NCBI GenBank assembly: GCA_973895155.1
Contig: OZ316898.1
Location: 5,443,079-5,507,078, forward strand
DNA from: Marsupella aquatica
Lineage: Eukaryota > Plantae > Marchantiophyta
DNA length: 64,000 bases
Direction of reading: 5' to 3'
Positions 25,257 through 37,218 of this stretch are shown one piece after another (position 1 is the first letter of the stretch; every line of letters starts with the position of its first letter). The translations under genes were made by a program, and so were the position numbers. The notes under the pieces are model-generated. The model saw only the letters and a list, made by a program, of their open reading frames with translations. It was not told where the DNA came from and did not search any database.

Positions 25257-27704
25257 CTGGCCTATTTATTTGGAAGGTTTTACTTTGCTGGTTGTTGAAG
25301 TTTTATTTATAGACCAGCCCAATGCCCCTTTGTTGCACTGTTGTCATTGGTGTGTACAGCAATTCCCCTTGGGCTGCACAGAAATGTCACGATGAGGCAA
25401 GAAAGTGCAGTTGAGGCAAGTAGAGAATATTGTTGTTCCGGCCATGTTGGGTGTGTAGTCATGTTGTTCTGGTTAGGTGCATGTTTGTTGCCACAAAAAT
25501 GTGTTATTTTGGACAATCTTGTTATTATTAAAGTGATGTTGTTAGAGAGGGCAAGGGCATGGGAGAGCCAGGGAGTACTATGGGCAACAACAGCCAGGGC
25601 ATTGTGGAGTAAGACTGTTTTTTTCCTCTGACTAGCTTTTTTCCAAAATTTTCCTCCCATATGCCCTCTCTTTGTCTCCTCTCTCTTTCTCTCCCCCTCT
25701 TTCATGTTGCACTCATTTAAGCAGGCTGGTCTATGCGGTTCCTATTTGCTTCCCTTCTAGAGGTCAATTTTTACTTTTAGCAAACACAAAAAGGTTAAGC
25801 ACCTTCAAGGATGACATCCTAAAGTTCAATTTTACAACTGGAAAACTAGAGATGTAATGGATGCCTTTGATAGCCACTTAGGATATAATATGGAGCCGGC
25901 ATGATGGCAATAGGGCACACTTAACACTAGTATCAGCACTTACCTGGCAAGATTGAATTGAATGGTCCGTGCCTTTTATTGCTCTTTATTAAACAGTCTT
26001 GTCACCTTGCACTTATTGTTTAAAATGCTGAACACGTACAATCTCCAAGAGTGGATAGTAAGTGGTCAATGTAGAGTCTATTAGTTTAGGGTCTACGAAA
26101 TTTAAGCTGTAGGCAAGTCAATAGTTAACCCATGGTTAGTTATCAAAGGTGAAAATGGTTGAACCATGGTTATCTTAAAAGATAGCAAAGTAGATTAAAT
26201 ATCATAGTTGGTAAGACAAGGATGGCATAGGACAGCCTGATGGAACTTGTCTCAATCTGTTATAAGAGTAGAACTTAAGACAGTTCTAAGACACTCTGAT
26301 TTCACCTTCCACCTTCAATCCAATCTCAGCCATCCAATTCAGATACTAACTCCCCAGGTTGAATGTCAAAACTGATCCGTCTTAAAGATGGATAGTTTAG
26401 AGCATGTCTTTGATCTCTATAATTTCACCCATAGAGTCTGTCGTCTCTAAGTACAAACCATCACTAAGTGCAAGCATTTTTTTGTATTAGTGCCCAAAGA
26501 TTTCCAAGATTATTACTAGTACTTGTAGTTGCTCTTGCATTTTTCATAAGTGCAAGTCAGCATCACTAGCCGGCAAATAATTAAGTGCCGAAAGGGTGGA
26601 TACAGAAGATTGACATGCAATTAATACAAGTGTCTACTGTAAAATATAGGTACTATGCACTTTCATTTTAAGTGCAAATCATGGATACACTTCTTGTACT
26701 TATCAAGTGTATTCTGATGTTCCATGCATATGTTGAGGCACTGATACAAAACACTTAGTCAAGGAGTGCACTGAACACTACCTTATAACTGCAACCCATG
26801 GCAATTGTGCATGCACTATTTTGCATAAGTGCATGTTGATAAATGTCTAAAGCAGCAAAGCAATCTTCCCAAGGCCTTGCGTTATAGGGTATTCCATACC
26901 AGGCTCAAGTGGACATAGTTGGATGTAATGTTTGATGAAAGGTAATTTTATAGTGATGGGAGGGGTGTTTGTGGGTCATCATATGTATGTGGCCGAAACC
27001 CCATTCTACCCCACTTTTGAGTTCCCCTTTCTACCCTCACTGCTTTGTGTGTGGTTCCCAATTATAGTACTCTAACTATTCCCCCATGGCCTGAGAATGT
27101 ACACTTTGGGGTCTTGTTGTTAGTTCATCCCTTTGCCTCACTCTGCCTGTGGTGTGGGTCTGTTGTCTTAGTGCATTTTACTGGTCAGTAAATTAAGTTG
27201 CATTTAACATTAAAAAAAACGTGTTCTCATTGAGCTTCTTTAGGAGGAGTACACAAATTAAGGGGCCACTCTAAGTAGGGCCATTTTCTTGTGACCTGAG
27301 AATGTACTTTTTGAGTTTAGCTGACAGAAGGGGTGAGAGGAGCACTTGCAAGAGTATCCCGCAGCAGTTAGCTATGTCAAATAGATTCAGTCACAAAACT
27401 ACAAATAGGAAAAAGTTGTGGTGACAGCCATAGAGACCGATGTTGCTTTCATGCCCCATAACTGCTTCAAAACTTATTGGCATCTCAATGACATGAGCTC
27501 ATTACAAAGCTTGTTTGGATATTTTCTTTTAAATTTATAAACAGTGGGATTTCTAAGATTGTATAATGGTGGAGAAATCTTGTTTGAAAAGTTGACCACA
27601 ACAAACTAAACCAAAATAGTTGTACAACTCTTGTCATTCTGCTCATTCTTAACAAACTAAACCAAGTAGAATGACTTTTTCTTTCTCCTTATTCTTTTAG
27701 ATGA

Positions 27705-28380
27705 TGCAGAGTCATTTCAGATCATTCTCGTTCTGCTCGACTCATCGTTCCACTTATCTATGGCTTTTGCAAGAGTGCTGTATTTCAGTTCATCATTCCA
27801 ATTACTCATTCGCTTCTGCTCTACGTCATGATTCTACTTATCTATCGCTTCTGCAAAGAGTACTTTCGGTTCTGCTCGACTTCATCATTCTACTCATCAA
27901 ATCCGAGATCAAATCGCTTTTGCACGAGTACTGTATTTCGGTTCATCATTCCACTTACTCATTCGCTTCTGCTCGACTTCATCATTCTACTTATCTATCG
28001 CACTAAATTCAGTTGGTGAAAAAAATAAGGAATCTAACTATTCTTCGATTTTCCTGTGCCAAAACCTTAGCATGTACACATAAAAGCTTTGCAAGAGTAC
28101 TTTCAGTTCATCATCCCACTTACTCTTATTCATGTAAACACAAAAGCTTTGCAAAAGTACTTTCAGTTCATCATCCCACTTACTCGTTTTCTTCTGCAAG
28201 AGTACTTGGCTTTCTGCTCTACTTCATCATTCTACTTGTCGCTTCAGCAAGAGTACTTTCACTTATCATTCCACTTACTCTTTCGCTTCTGCACGAGATT
28301 AGTTTCAGAGAACAAAAGAGAGAGACATCATTCCACTTACTCTTTGGCTTCCGCACGAGATTACTTTCAGAGAGAACAAG
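27705..28380. repeat. Degenerate tandem array downstream of DNMT3
   Basis: More than 10 variable units built from GCAAGAGTACTTTCAGTTCATCATTCCACTTACTC and CTTCTGCTCGACTTCATCATTCTACTT. Confidence 0.8.
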
Positions 28381-29182
28381 CCACTTTAGAAAAGCATTCG
28401 ATGGGCACCAGAAATCAAAACGATAATGAGGACTAGTGTGCGGTTGTACAGCATGAACTTCTCTAGTAGAGGATTGCGTGACATCATGAGGTAGTGCCGC
28501 ATAAAGCGGCACCATTCTACGTGGACTTCACCGCTGCACAAATCATTCCGTCACTCTGCAGTTCGGTTCCTGTTCTGTGGCCCCAGGAGTGTTCTCAACA
28601 GCTGCGAGAAGAAAGGAAAGAACAAAAGAACTTTGAAGAAGAGGACTGAATGGGTTCGTGCTTCTACTCTCATCTAAGTCCTTGGAATCAAGCAGTCGAG
28701 TAATTGATCCGAATCGAAATGCCTTGATGCAACTGTTAGGCATTTATGGAGCATGTGTCGGAAGAGGGTCACAGCTTTGTGCACCACATTGATGTCGTTT
28801 TAAAATTGCATCATTTCAATGACAACTCACAAGGATGAATTATTCAGTCTTACCGTGACGACCTAAATTTTTGTGTAGCAATTTCAAGTATTCTGCAAGA
28901 CAAATGATTTCATTCATGGGTGAGTATTGATCATATCCATGAATTGTATGAAAGGCACCCAGAGAAAAGCACGACACTTGTGGAGTCCTTCCGTATCTCT
29001 GTGGGCAAAATCGAATCGACTTCACCGTATTCACGAATTATGTGAAATGCACCAGGTAAACACAGTACAGAGCTGACTTTTGATAATTCTATCACCTAAC
29101 ATAAGTAATTTCTACATTTACGAACCTCTCTAACTGGACCTGTAAACAATTGTCCGATAGGACATGAAATGATCTACTTTCG

Positions 29183-31735
29183 TCACGTGGAATCAATGGC
29201 GGGTGAATTGATATGATCAATATTTGCTAGCCTTGATAGGCCATCGACCCCCATCATATCTGCAAATCCAATGTCCTCTGCAAGAATTCCCTCATCCTCC
29301 TCCTCAGCCTCCTCAAGCTCAGAATCGGAGCTCCTCCGGTTTCGCTTCCTCGATTGTTTTCTAATGTGATCTGACCTTACAGGTCTTTGCCTTGTCGACA
29401 ACTCGATTTTCAAAAGAGTACCTTCATTCTTGAAAATATAAGGGGCTTTGAAAGCGAATAAAGAAAGCTCAGTGAAGTCAATCTCCTTGTCCAGTAACCT
29501 GTACAACTCAGTGTCAACCCGTTGCAAGAGGCGACATCTCGCGTAAAACGATTCATTTCCCGGTTGCCCTTGCCTCGCCTTATTCTTGTCCAGGCGACTT
29601 GTCAAAACATACACTAGATAACGATAATGTGCAACACGATCAAAAATAGCCCAGACCTCATCCCTAGCAGGGTAAATGAAATATTGTTCATCAAACTTCA
29701 AGTAATTGTCCATCCTATGAGAAAAAGCAATCCAGGAATTCTGGTTGTCGACCACTTTCCTGACCCGAAACAGGCCAGTGCCACGAATTGTGTCCCATTC
29801 ATCTGCCTCCTGAGCAGTATAGGCCTCTACCATTTCCATGAACCTAACCTCAATCTGAATCGGAGGCTTCTTTTTTCGTCCAGGTGTGCAGGTGAAGCGG
29901 TCTCCAGTTCTGCTTTCAATGAGAGCGTACCAGTTCGGTCGCTCATGATCGTTGTACAAAGCCCAAACCTCGCCGGGGTCCATGGCTGAGCAATCCTGCT
30001 CTCTGATGGATTTTGGAAGCACTATCGGCCTCATAATTGCTCGACCTGTACGTTCAAGGAGTGGGCTCAAGAGATAGGCAATGACATTTACTGAAAATGT
30101 GTTCCCCAAAAGATTCCATCGGAGGTTTCGATTCACTCCGTCTGCTACTGGATGGAGTCTAGATTGCACAGACTGTATTGGAACAGCTCTTTTCGCAACA
30201 ACTTGCTTATTGTCACTCCTCAAAGTCTTGTTAAAGCCATTCCTTGTGGTGACTTGCTTTACCTCTTCGAATTCCTTCTGAGTATCAGTGGGCGAGGATC
30301 CGTTCTTCTCGCCACATTTAAAATTTACATTGGTGTAGCCTGCAGGATATCCCAAGGCCTTTTCAACTTCTGCAACATTAATGTAGCGTAATGAACATGT
30401 CGCATTGTCCATCACCAAGTCCAAGCCAGCGTTGCCACCTCTGCAAGCATTTGTTGACATTATGCATCCAATTTTTGAGTCAAGCGCTGTGCCAGCTTTG
30501 AGCACACTCTGAAGAGATGTACTCGCATGATCCCTTAAACGGGGGATCTTTTTCGCGTATGGTATGTTTGACCAGTATAATCGCCGCCGTCTGCTTGGAG
30601 TGAGCTCTTGGGAATCAATCTCCATGGGAATCGTTTTCAAATGCTTTGAAATCTCATCCCTATCTTGCCACGCCATTGATGCCACATTCTCTGCAAGAAA
30701 CCAGGTCGGTTTAAAAATGTTGATAATTCGCAGCATTTCGAAGAACAATTTGCTCCGTTCCCCGTGTAGCCCCATTCTGTGGCCCATGCTACTGAGGTCC
30801 TGGCAGGGAAAGCCGCCGACAACAAGGTCAACCTTTTCTGGTATAGAAGTCAATTGAAGAGCTGTCACATCTCCAAGATGATGAACGCTCGGATGCCTTG
30901 CCTTGACGACCTGAGTTGCGGACACATTCACTTCACAGCTGTATCCCACGAAAGGTATCCCGACAAGAGAGAGCGCTGTCCAGATGCCACCGATTCCATC
31001 GAATAAGCTGAGCACAACCAAAGGCCCCGCAGTCCATCCACCAGCTTTGATTCTTCTAGTTTGTATCCAATGTGCAAAAGAGTGGACTTCCAGTGGAGTC
31101 GAACCGTTCGCCGCAGCTCCAACATGTTGTTGTTGCTGCTGCTTCGCTAAGGTAGCAGCATCCTTTTCAAGATCACGGATCTTATTAACAGAGTCCTTTT
31201 CAAGATCACGGATCTTATTAATAGAGTCCTTTTCAAGATCACGGATCTTATTGAGCAGCTGATCCATTTCTCGAGGACTTGTAGATCAGAAATGCGACAC
31301 AGCTGCTTCCCTCCGCATAAACAATTTCCAGACAGCGAGTCAGAGAAGTATAGAAGAAGTGTGCTCTTCAATTCGACCAACAGACTTCAATTTTATTTTA
31401 TAATCTATAAAGAACATAGGGAGGCCCAGGTAGAAGAACAAAGGAGAAGAAGAATAGCATTACAATTGTGAATTGGCGCTCACCTGCTCTCTCTGCTTCT
31501 TCTTCTTCGTCACCCAATCTTCCACTTTTAAGTCCTCCGACAAAGACTTTCTCAAGACCTCTACTCCCTGCGTCCTCAATTCGTCATCTAGGGAGTCCTC
31601 CTCTAAGGCCTTGCCAACCTCGTTTCCCTGCTTCTGCAGTCTATCATCTTCCGCGTACTCTGAGAAATTCTTGTTCACCTCTTTTCCCTGCTTTTTCACA
31701 GTCTCGGTCACCTCTTCTCCCCCCTGGGTCTTCAT
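29183..31735 (-). CDS. DNMT3: DNMT3-type C5-cytosine DNA methyltransferase with C-terminal DUF3444, ~775 aa
   Basis: Exons 31735-31484 and 31258-29183 (phase 0, ...QREQ|LLNKIRD). Unpermuted motifs: I VLSLFDGIGG, II SCEV, III GDV, IV VGGFPCQDLS, VI LAENVASM, VIII RRRLYWSNIP, IX EVEKALGYPAGYT, X LLGNTFSVNVIAYLL. DUF3444-like GEVWALYNDHERPNWYALI...FSHRM...IYPARDEVWAIF. Inferred 5'-UTR exon ending at 32557 and splicing to 31766. Confidence 0.9.
31160..31253 (-). repeat. Coding tandem repeat, 3 x 33 bp (NKIRDLEKDSI/V)
   Basis: TCCTTTTCAAGATCACGGATCTTATT occurs three times with 33-bp period, followed in the protein by poly-Q. Confidence 0.9.
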
Positions 31736-32811
31736 TTTGACATCTTGAGATAAAGTCTTCGAAATTCTGGCCAAACTTGTTTTCGATAGGGCCCAGGCCT
31801 CAAGAAGTACGAGACACGGAGAGGAGTACTAGAGACATTCTGCTCTTCCAGGATATGCCGTTCAACCACACGAAGTACAGCGCAGAAGCACAGCGGAGAC
31901 GAACTATAGCACGAAGTGCAAATAAAAAACATAGCAGTTGCAATCGAATGGCCGACAAGGGAAGGGAATGGAGGCCGTCCGCCCGTCCAGACGTACGTGC
32001 ATCACCGATAAAGCTCCACAAATCTTTCCAAAGCCCTTCCGGTCCAGTCCTCCGAAAGCCACAAAGATAAAAATGCTACGAAGATGGGAACCCCGCCATT
32101 ACGCCACATTCAAGTCCGAGATTGCTGGACGGGTCGGCCATGCGGAGTACGGGCTCCATGAAGCCACCAAGTTCACGTGTCATCGATCATCTTCTCGAAT
32201 CATGACGTCTGCGGCTGGTACATCACTCGTGTGGCACAAAGAAATACACGAAAGAAAACTATAGCGAGCGAACTCCGAGGCGCTGGACAGTCCCTCCTCT
32301 CACACAACACACTGCCACAAATCCCCCTCCGCTATGACTTGGAGCGAGAGAAAAGTGGGGCGTCCTCCAAAGACCTCTATCCCAAAAGGAATCAACGAGA
32401 ACATTGAGTCCAAATCCCGAGGCGCTCCCCCTTCCTCTGACCGCAACAGGGCACAATAAATGATCTGCACTCCATTTCGGCCCACGAGACGAGCGACAGA
32501 ACAATGCAGTCTCGATTCACTTGAGATACCAAGAAATCGAACAGATGCGAACTTACTCCAGAGTAGAAAGCACGAAAGGCTCTTTCCAGAAACAGAGAAT
32601 TGCAATGATTTTCCCTCCGCCGCCGCTGCTCCTGCTGCTCCTCCTCCTCCTGCTGCTGCTGATGATGATGACGATGATGAGACTGATGAGCCACAGGAAA
32701 AATGGCGTCTCGACTAGACACGAGAAGAAGGATTCGAAAAGATGAGCAGTGGCACCCAGAAAGATTTGAAACGAACAGCAAGCACGATGCACCCACCCCT
32801 CCTCTCCTCCC

Positions 32812-33662
32812 GGTCGACTGCTACTGTAGTACTTCCCTTACCTGGTTGTAAGAATACCAGGACTGCGTAGCATAGTTGTGGTACGTGATTGCCTTGGTAT
32901 GTCGGTCAAGAGCTACTGTAGTACGCCACTCTACATGGTTGTAAGAATAGCAGGACTGTGTACCATAGTTGTGGTACGTGGTTACCTTAGTATATAGGTC
33001 CAGTACTGCTGTAGTACTTCACTCTACCTGGTTGTAAGAATACCAGGGCTGCGTAGCATAGTTGTGGTATGTGGTTACCTCAGTATGTAGGTCGAGAGCT
33101 ACGGTACTACTTCACCTCTAACTGGTTGTATGAATACCAGGGCTGTGTAGCATAGTTGTGGTGGGTGGTTACCATAGTATATAGGTCGAGTACTACTGTA
33201 CTACTTCACTCTACCTGGTTGTAAGAATACCAGCGAGGACTGGGTAGCATAGGTGTGGTACGTGGTTACCTCAGTATATAGGTTGAGAGCTACTGTAGTA
33301 CTTCACTGACTCTACCTGGTTGTAAGAATACCAGGACTGCGTAGCATAGTTGTGTTATGTACTTATGTGGTTACTTCAGTATGTAGGTCGCGAGCTACTG
33401 TACTACTTCACTCTAACTGGTTGTATGAATACCAGGGCTGCGTAGCATAGTTGTGGTAGGTGGTTACCATAGTATATAGGTGGAGTACTACTGTACTACT
33501 TCACTCTACCTGGTTGTAAGAATACCTGGACTGCTTAGCATAGTTGTGGTACTTGATTACCTTAGTATATAGGTCGAGTACTACTGGAGTATTTCACTCT
33601 ACCTGGGTGTAAGAATACCAGGACTGCATAGCAAAGTTGTGGTACTTGGTTACCTTAGTATA
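32812..33662. repeat. Tandem array, 9 x ~93 bp, immediately 5' of DNMT3; degenerate 10th copy at ~33895-34005
   Basis: Units start at 32812, 32904, 32997, 33090, 33184, 33281, 33386, 33479 and 33572. Consensus GGTCGAGTACTACTGTAGTACTTCACTCTACCTGGTTGTAAGAATACCAGGACTGCGTAGCATAGTTGTGGTACGTGGTTACCTTAGTATATA. Confidence 0.95.
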
Positions 33663-34848
33663 GAGTACCACAGTTGGCTTTTCTAGAGCATTCTAGGAGC
33701 AGGGCTCAAACTAAAACCCCAGCCCAGACAAAAATGTGGTATGAACAAAAACTGACAACCATGGATTTCCAGGTATGAGATAATAGAAATAGCAAGGACC
33801 TCTAGAAATGGTTAGAGACCAGTTGGCCTTTATTCCATACAGCATAATTATATGATTTTAAACAAATAGCAAGTAGGAAGCAGCCTCTGCTACTTCTCCT
33901 CCCGGTCAAGGACTAGTGTAGTACTTTACTTTATTCTAAGAATATCAAGACTGTGCAGCAAAGTTAAAGTTGTGGTATGTGGTAAGTTACCTTACTGTAC
34001 AGTACCCCTAATTAGCCTTTCTGAGCTGCATTATTGGAATAGGGTTCAGACCAGCCAATTTTTGTGGGCAAAATATAGCCAATCACTTACCTAAAAAAAC
34101 AAGCAGGCTAATGATACTCAGGCTGAAATTTAATTTTTTTTGGTTTCATTAGCCACCACCTAATGCACTATGGGGGAGTGTTAGCCAGGAAATAGTCTAC
34201 AATAGTCATATCTGAGTACTATACAATACTCCATATTAACCAGACCTGTGCTTGTGTGGAGGGTAAAATAGCAGTCACCTTGGCTAATGTTTAAAAGAGG
34301 AAACCACCACAGAGCAAGATGTGCTCGGGGTTGTTAATTTACTGCAGTTTTTTGGATATGTACCACCCACAAATCCCACGGGCAACCCTGACCTAAATAA
34401 AAAACATGTTTCATAAAGACAACTGAAGACGTGAACCCACTTGTCACCATTTGGAAGAGAACTACCTACGGTAGCCTTGATTACCCAGCCTTTGAATGTA
34501 AATAGAGGTGAGAACAAAAATGACCAGCTTACAAAAAATATTTTCATACTTTGCACTTTCATCAATGACTTGTTCCCTATCTCTGTTTCATGCATGCAAC
34601 CCAAGTTCTAGTTATGCCCCACTACCATGGCTACATGCTTTACTGTAGAGAGCAGGCTACAAATTTTTGGATTCCAATGATATCCAGTGGGCTATCTCTA
34701 AGTGCAAACCCTAACTAAAAATGCATTGGTTCTTTTGCTTTATTTTACAGGGACACTTTTTGCACCTTTTCTAAGTGTGAACAGGCCTAGATTAGTTTTG
34801 CTAAATGACAACTTTGTAACTGCAAAACCCTGATAAATGCATTTTGTT

Positions 34849-34935
34849 CTCTACTAAGAAAGGTATGCACTTATGAGTAAGCTCACAATCCCATCAGATT
34901 ATTTGCTGATAAGTGCATGCCCTTTTTTAGTAGAG
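34849..34935. repeat. 87-bp hairpin with CACTA-like ends
   Basis: CTCTACTAAGAAAGGTATGCACTTATGAGTAA ... TTGCTGATAAGTGCATGCCCTTTTTTAGTAGAG; no TSD seen. Confidence 0.65.
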
Positions 34936-35431
34936 TAAAATTTGAACTTATGGAGCTGGACACCAGATATAGGGCAGCAATATACAATTTGTGTTACAAG
35001 TCACGTGACTGCTAATTGATGGAGGGGCCCATTGCACGTGTAAGCCCTGTACGTTACTGTGAGTAGCTCGTAAATCATCAAGGTCTGCTCATGCATGTAA
35101 AGTGCTTGAGTCTCTCCTGTTGTTCATTTGCTTTGTGGAACTCATCTGCCATCACCAACACAAATGAGTAACATATTACCCTAAACCCTGGATAATTGCA
35201 CATTTAAGAAGAGATACAAATCATCCACACTTTTTCAATAAGTGCAATATATTTTAGGTTTAAACTTTGCTTTTCTTTCAAGAACTTCCCACTGAGCAAT
35301 CATATTGGTAGCAGTCTTCACCTTCCCCTAGACTAGAGTCAAGCGGGAGATTGTTAGGATTTACTCTTAGGTCTAGAGTTACGACTGTACTAGAGTTAAG
35401 GCAAACCTTAGTCGCAGACTTGGTTAGGTTA

Positions 35432-35775
35432 TGTTGAGCATTGACGACATTCGCAACGGCAAGCCCATGAACCATCCAATGCACAATAGTCGACACAGAG
35501 AGATACGTGGTTCACCTCCACATGAGGCTACGTCCACGGGAACACACAAGAGCTTTACTGCACTCTAGGCCGACCAGCCATACCAAGCATCCACAGCACA
35601 AGCTCTCCCTATCTCTCAACTAGCTCCGTAACAATGAGCCTAAGTTCCACCAGGGTCTGGCATCAGCCCTGGCTATATGCACAACAGCACTAGCGCTAAC
35701 CTTAGCTAAGTCCTAACCCGAGTTAGACTAACTGTGGTTAGCTCATGAGTCACAAGACTAGAGCAATATCTAACA
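35432..35775 (-). mobile_element. Solo LTR (copia-like)
   Basis: TGTTGAGC...TCTAACA flanked by the 5-bp direct repeat GGTTA (35427-35431 and 35776-35780). Carries GATACGTGGTTCACC...GCTACGTCCACGGG, the reverse complement of a motif common at copia LTR 3' ends. Confidence 0.8.
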
Positions 35776-35784
35776 GGTTAGTCA

Positions 35785-36045
35785 TGTTGTGCACATTCTA
35801 TACCCAAGCGGTGTTTGCTTGGAGAGTGAGAACTCAGGCTCATTGTTACAGAGCTAGTTGAGAGATAGAGAGAGCTTGCGTTGTGGATGCTTGGTATGGC
35901 CGGTCGGCCTAGAGTGCAGTAAAGCTCATTTGTGTTCCCGTGGACATAGCCTCATGTGGAGGTGAACCACGTATCTCTCTGTGTCGACTCTTGTGCGTTG
36001 GATGGTTCATGGGCTTGCCGTTGCGATTGTCGTCTATGCTCAACA
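35785..36045 (+). mobile_element. Second copy of the same LTR family in inverted orientation
   Basis: 35830-36045 is a close reverse complement of 35432-35647; TG...CA ends; flanks are palindromic (AGTCA / TGACT) rather than a direct TSD. Confidence 0.7.
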
Positions 36046-37218
36046 TGACTAATAGTAATGGCATATCACCAATCCTTACGGCAAAAAGTTATGGACTATG
36101 AATTTGGTGGTCCATAACTTTTGGTGTCCTAACCTATAACCAGGGAGTTAACATCAAATTGTCAGCTTTCAGATTTTCTAATGAGTGGGAGAAGTTTAGA
36201 TGGTGCTCTCCTATGAGAGTGAAAGCAAAACTTTCTTGTGCACAATGAGAGCTCCGGGTAACCCATAGCTCTTGTATGTGCACATGTGGCTTAAAATCAC
36301 CACTGGCCATATAAAAGGGGAAGTGTCCAAAAGTTTCCTTTCACTCATTACATTCACTCCTCTCCTCTTCTGTATTCTCCCCCCCTTCATTGGGTTGCTT
36401 TACCAGTGGGATCCTGTCTCCAGGTTGGCTTTTAAATAGGGGTTTTTGCCCTTTGGCATTCATTTGTAGTATATGAAACTATAACCTGAATGGACCTCCA
36501 CTTTGTGTATGAAGCGGGTATGGACTGCAAAGCTTGGATGGATTTGCTCAGAAACATTTAAACAGACTCAGATAACATTGTTTAAACTTTTGACTAAAAT
36601 GTGATCTATAAACTGTCTCCTTACCATTTGCAGCCCGTTTCAATTAATTTATCAAATTGGTTTCCTCAATAACTTGACGACTTGGTGACCTTGACCTGAA
36701 CATCAAGACTTCATGCGATTACTTAGGATCACGATGACGTCTGGACTACTTTAGTCCCAAGGTAGTCAAAGGCGTCACTGCAATCCACAACCACTTTTTT
36801 TTCCCCTCTGGAAAAACAAGTATTGCTTTACGCAGTCCATGGGGATGGGCAGGGACAATGTATGTGTCCATATGGGCTTTTGTTCGGTAATATATTGTGG
36901 TCCTCATTTTCAGAAAAAATAAAATTGTTTCTTTAATTCGTGAAACATCTTCATATCGAGGTTTTTGTGTTTACAACGAACTTTTAACGAGGCTACGGTA
37001 GTTCTTTACATAGGGCATCTTCGTTTCCGGGTAAAGACGCAAAAGGCACGGGGCTTCGTTAGTGCTCTACTTCACAAGCGACCGGAACGAGAGGAGACGA
37101 GCTTTCCCAGCTAGGGCTAGAGGCACGAGCATTGTTCTGCAAGCGGATTCCTAAAGCGATCAGCAATTTGGAGAGAGAAAATTGTAGAGAGCAGGCGAGA
37201 AGGAAGAAAGAAGAAGAG

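Noticed and set aside
28013-28436. ORFs of 115-137 aa
   Set aside because: Products of the tandem array; no domain features.
29183-31267. Bacterial restriction-modification methylase or recent horizontal transfer
   Set aside because: Motifs are DNMT3-like, it is fused to plant DUF3444, it has a spliced upstream exon, and there is no partner nuclease.
32812-33662. CRISPR-like appearance (regular palindromic repeat)
   Set aside because: The whole unit is repeated with no unique spacers, there are no cas genes, and the context is eukaryotic.
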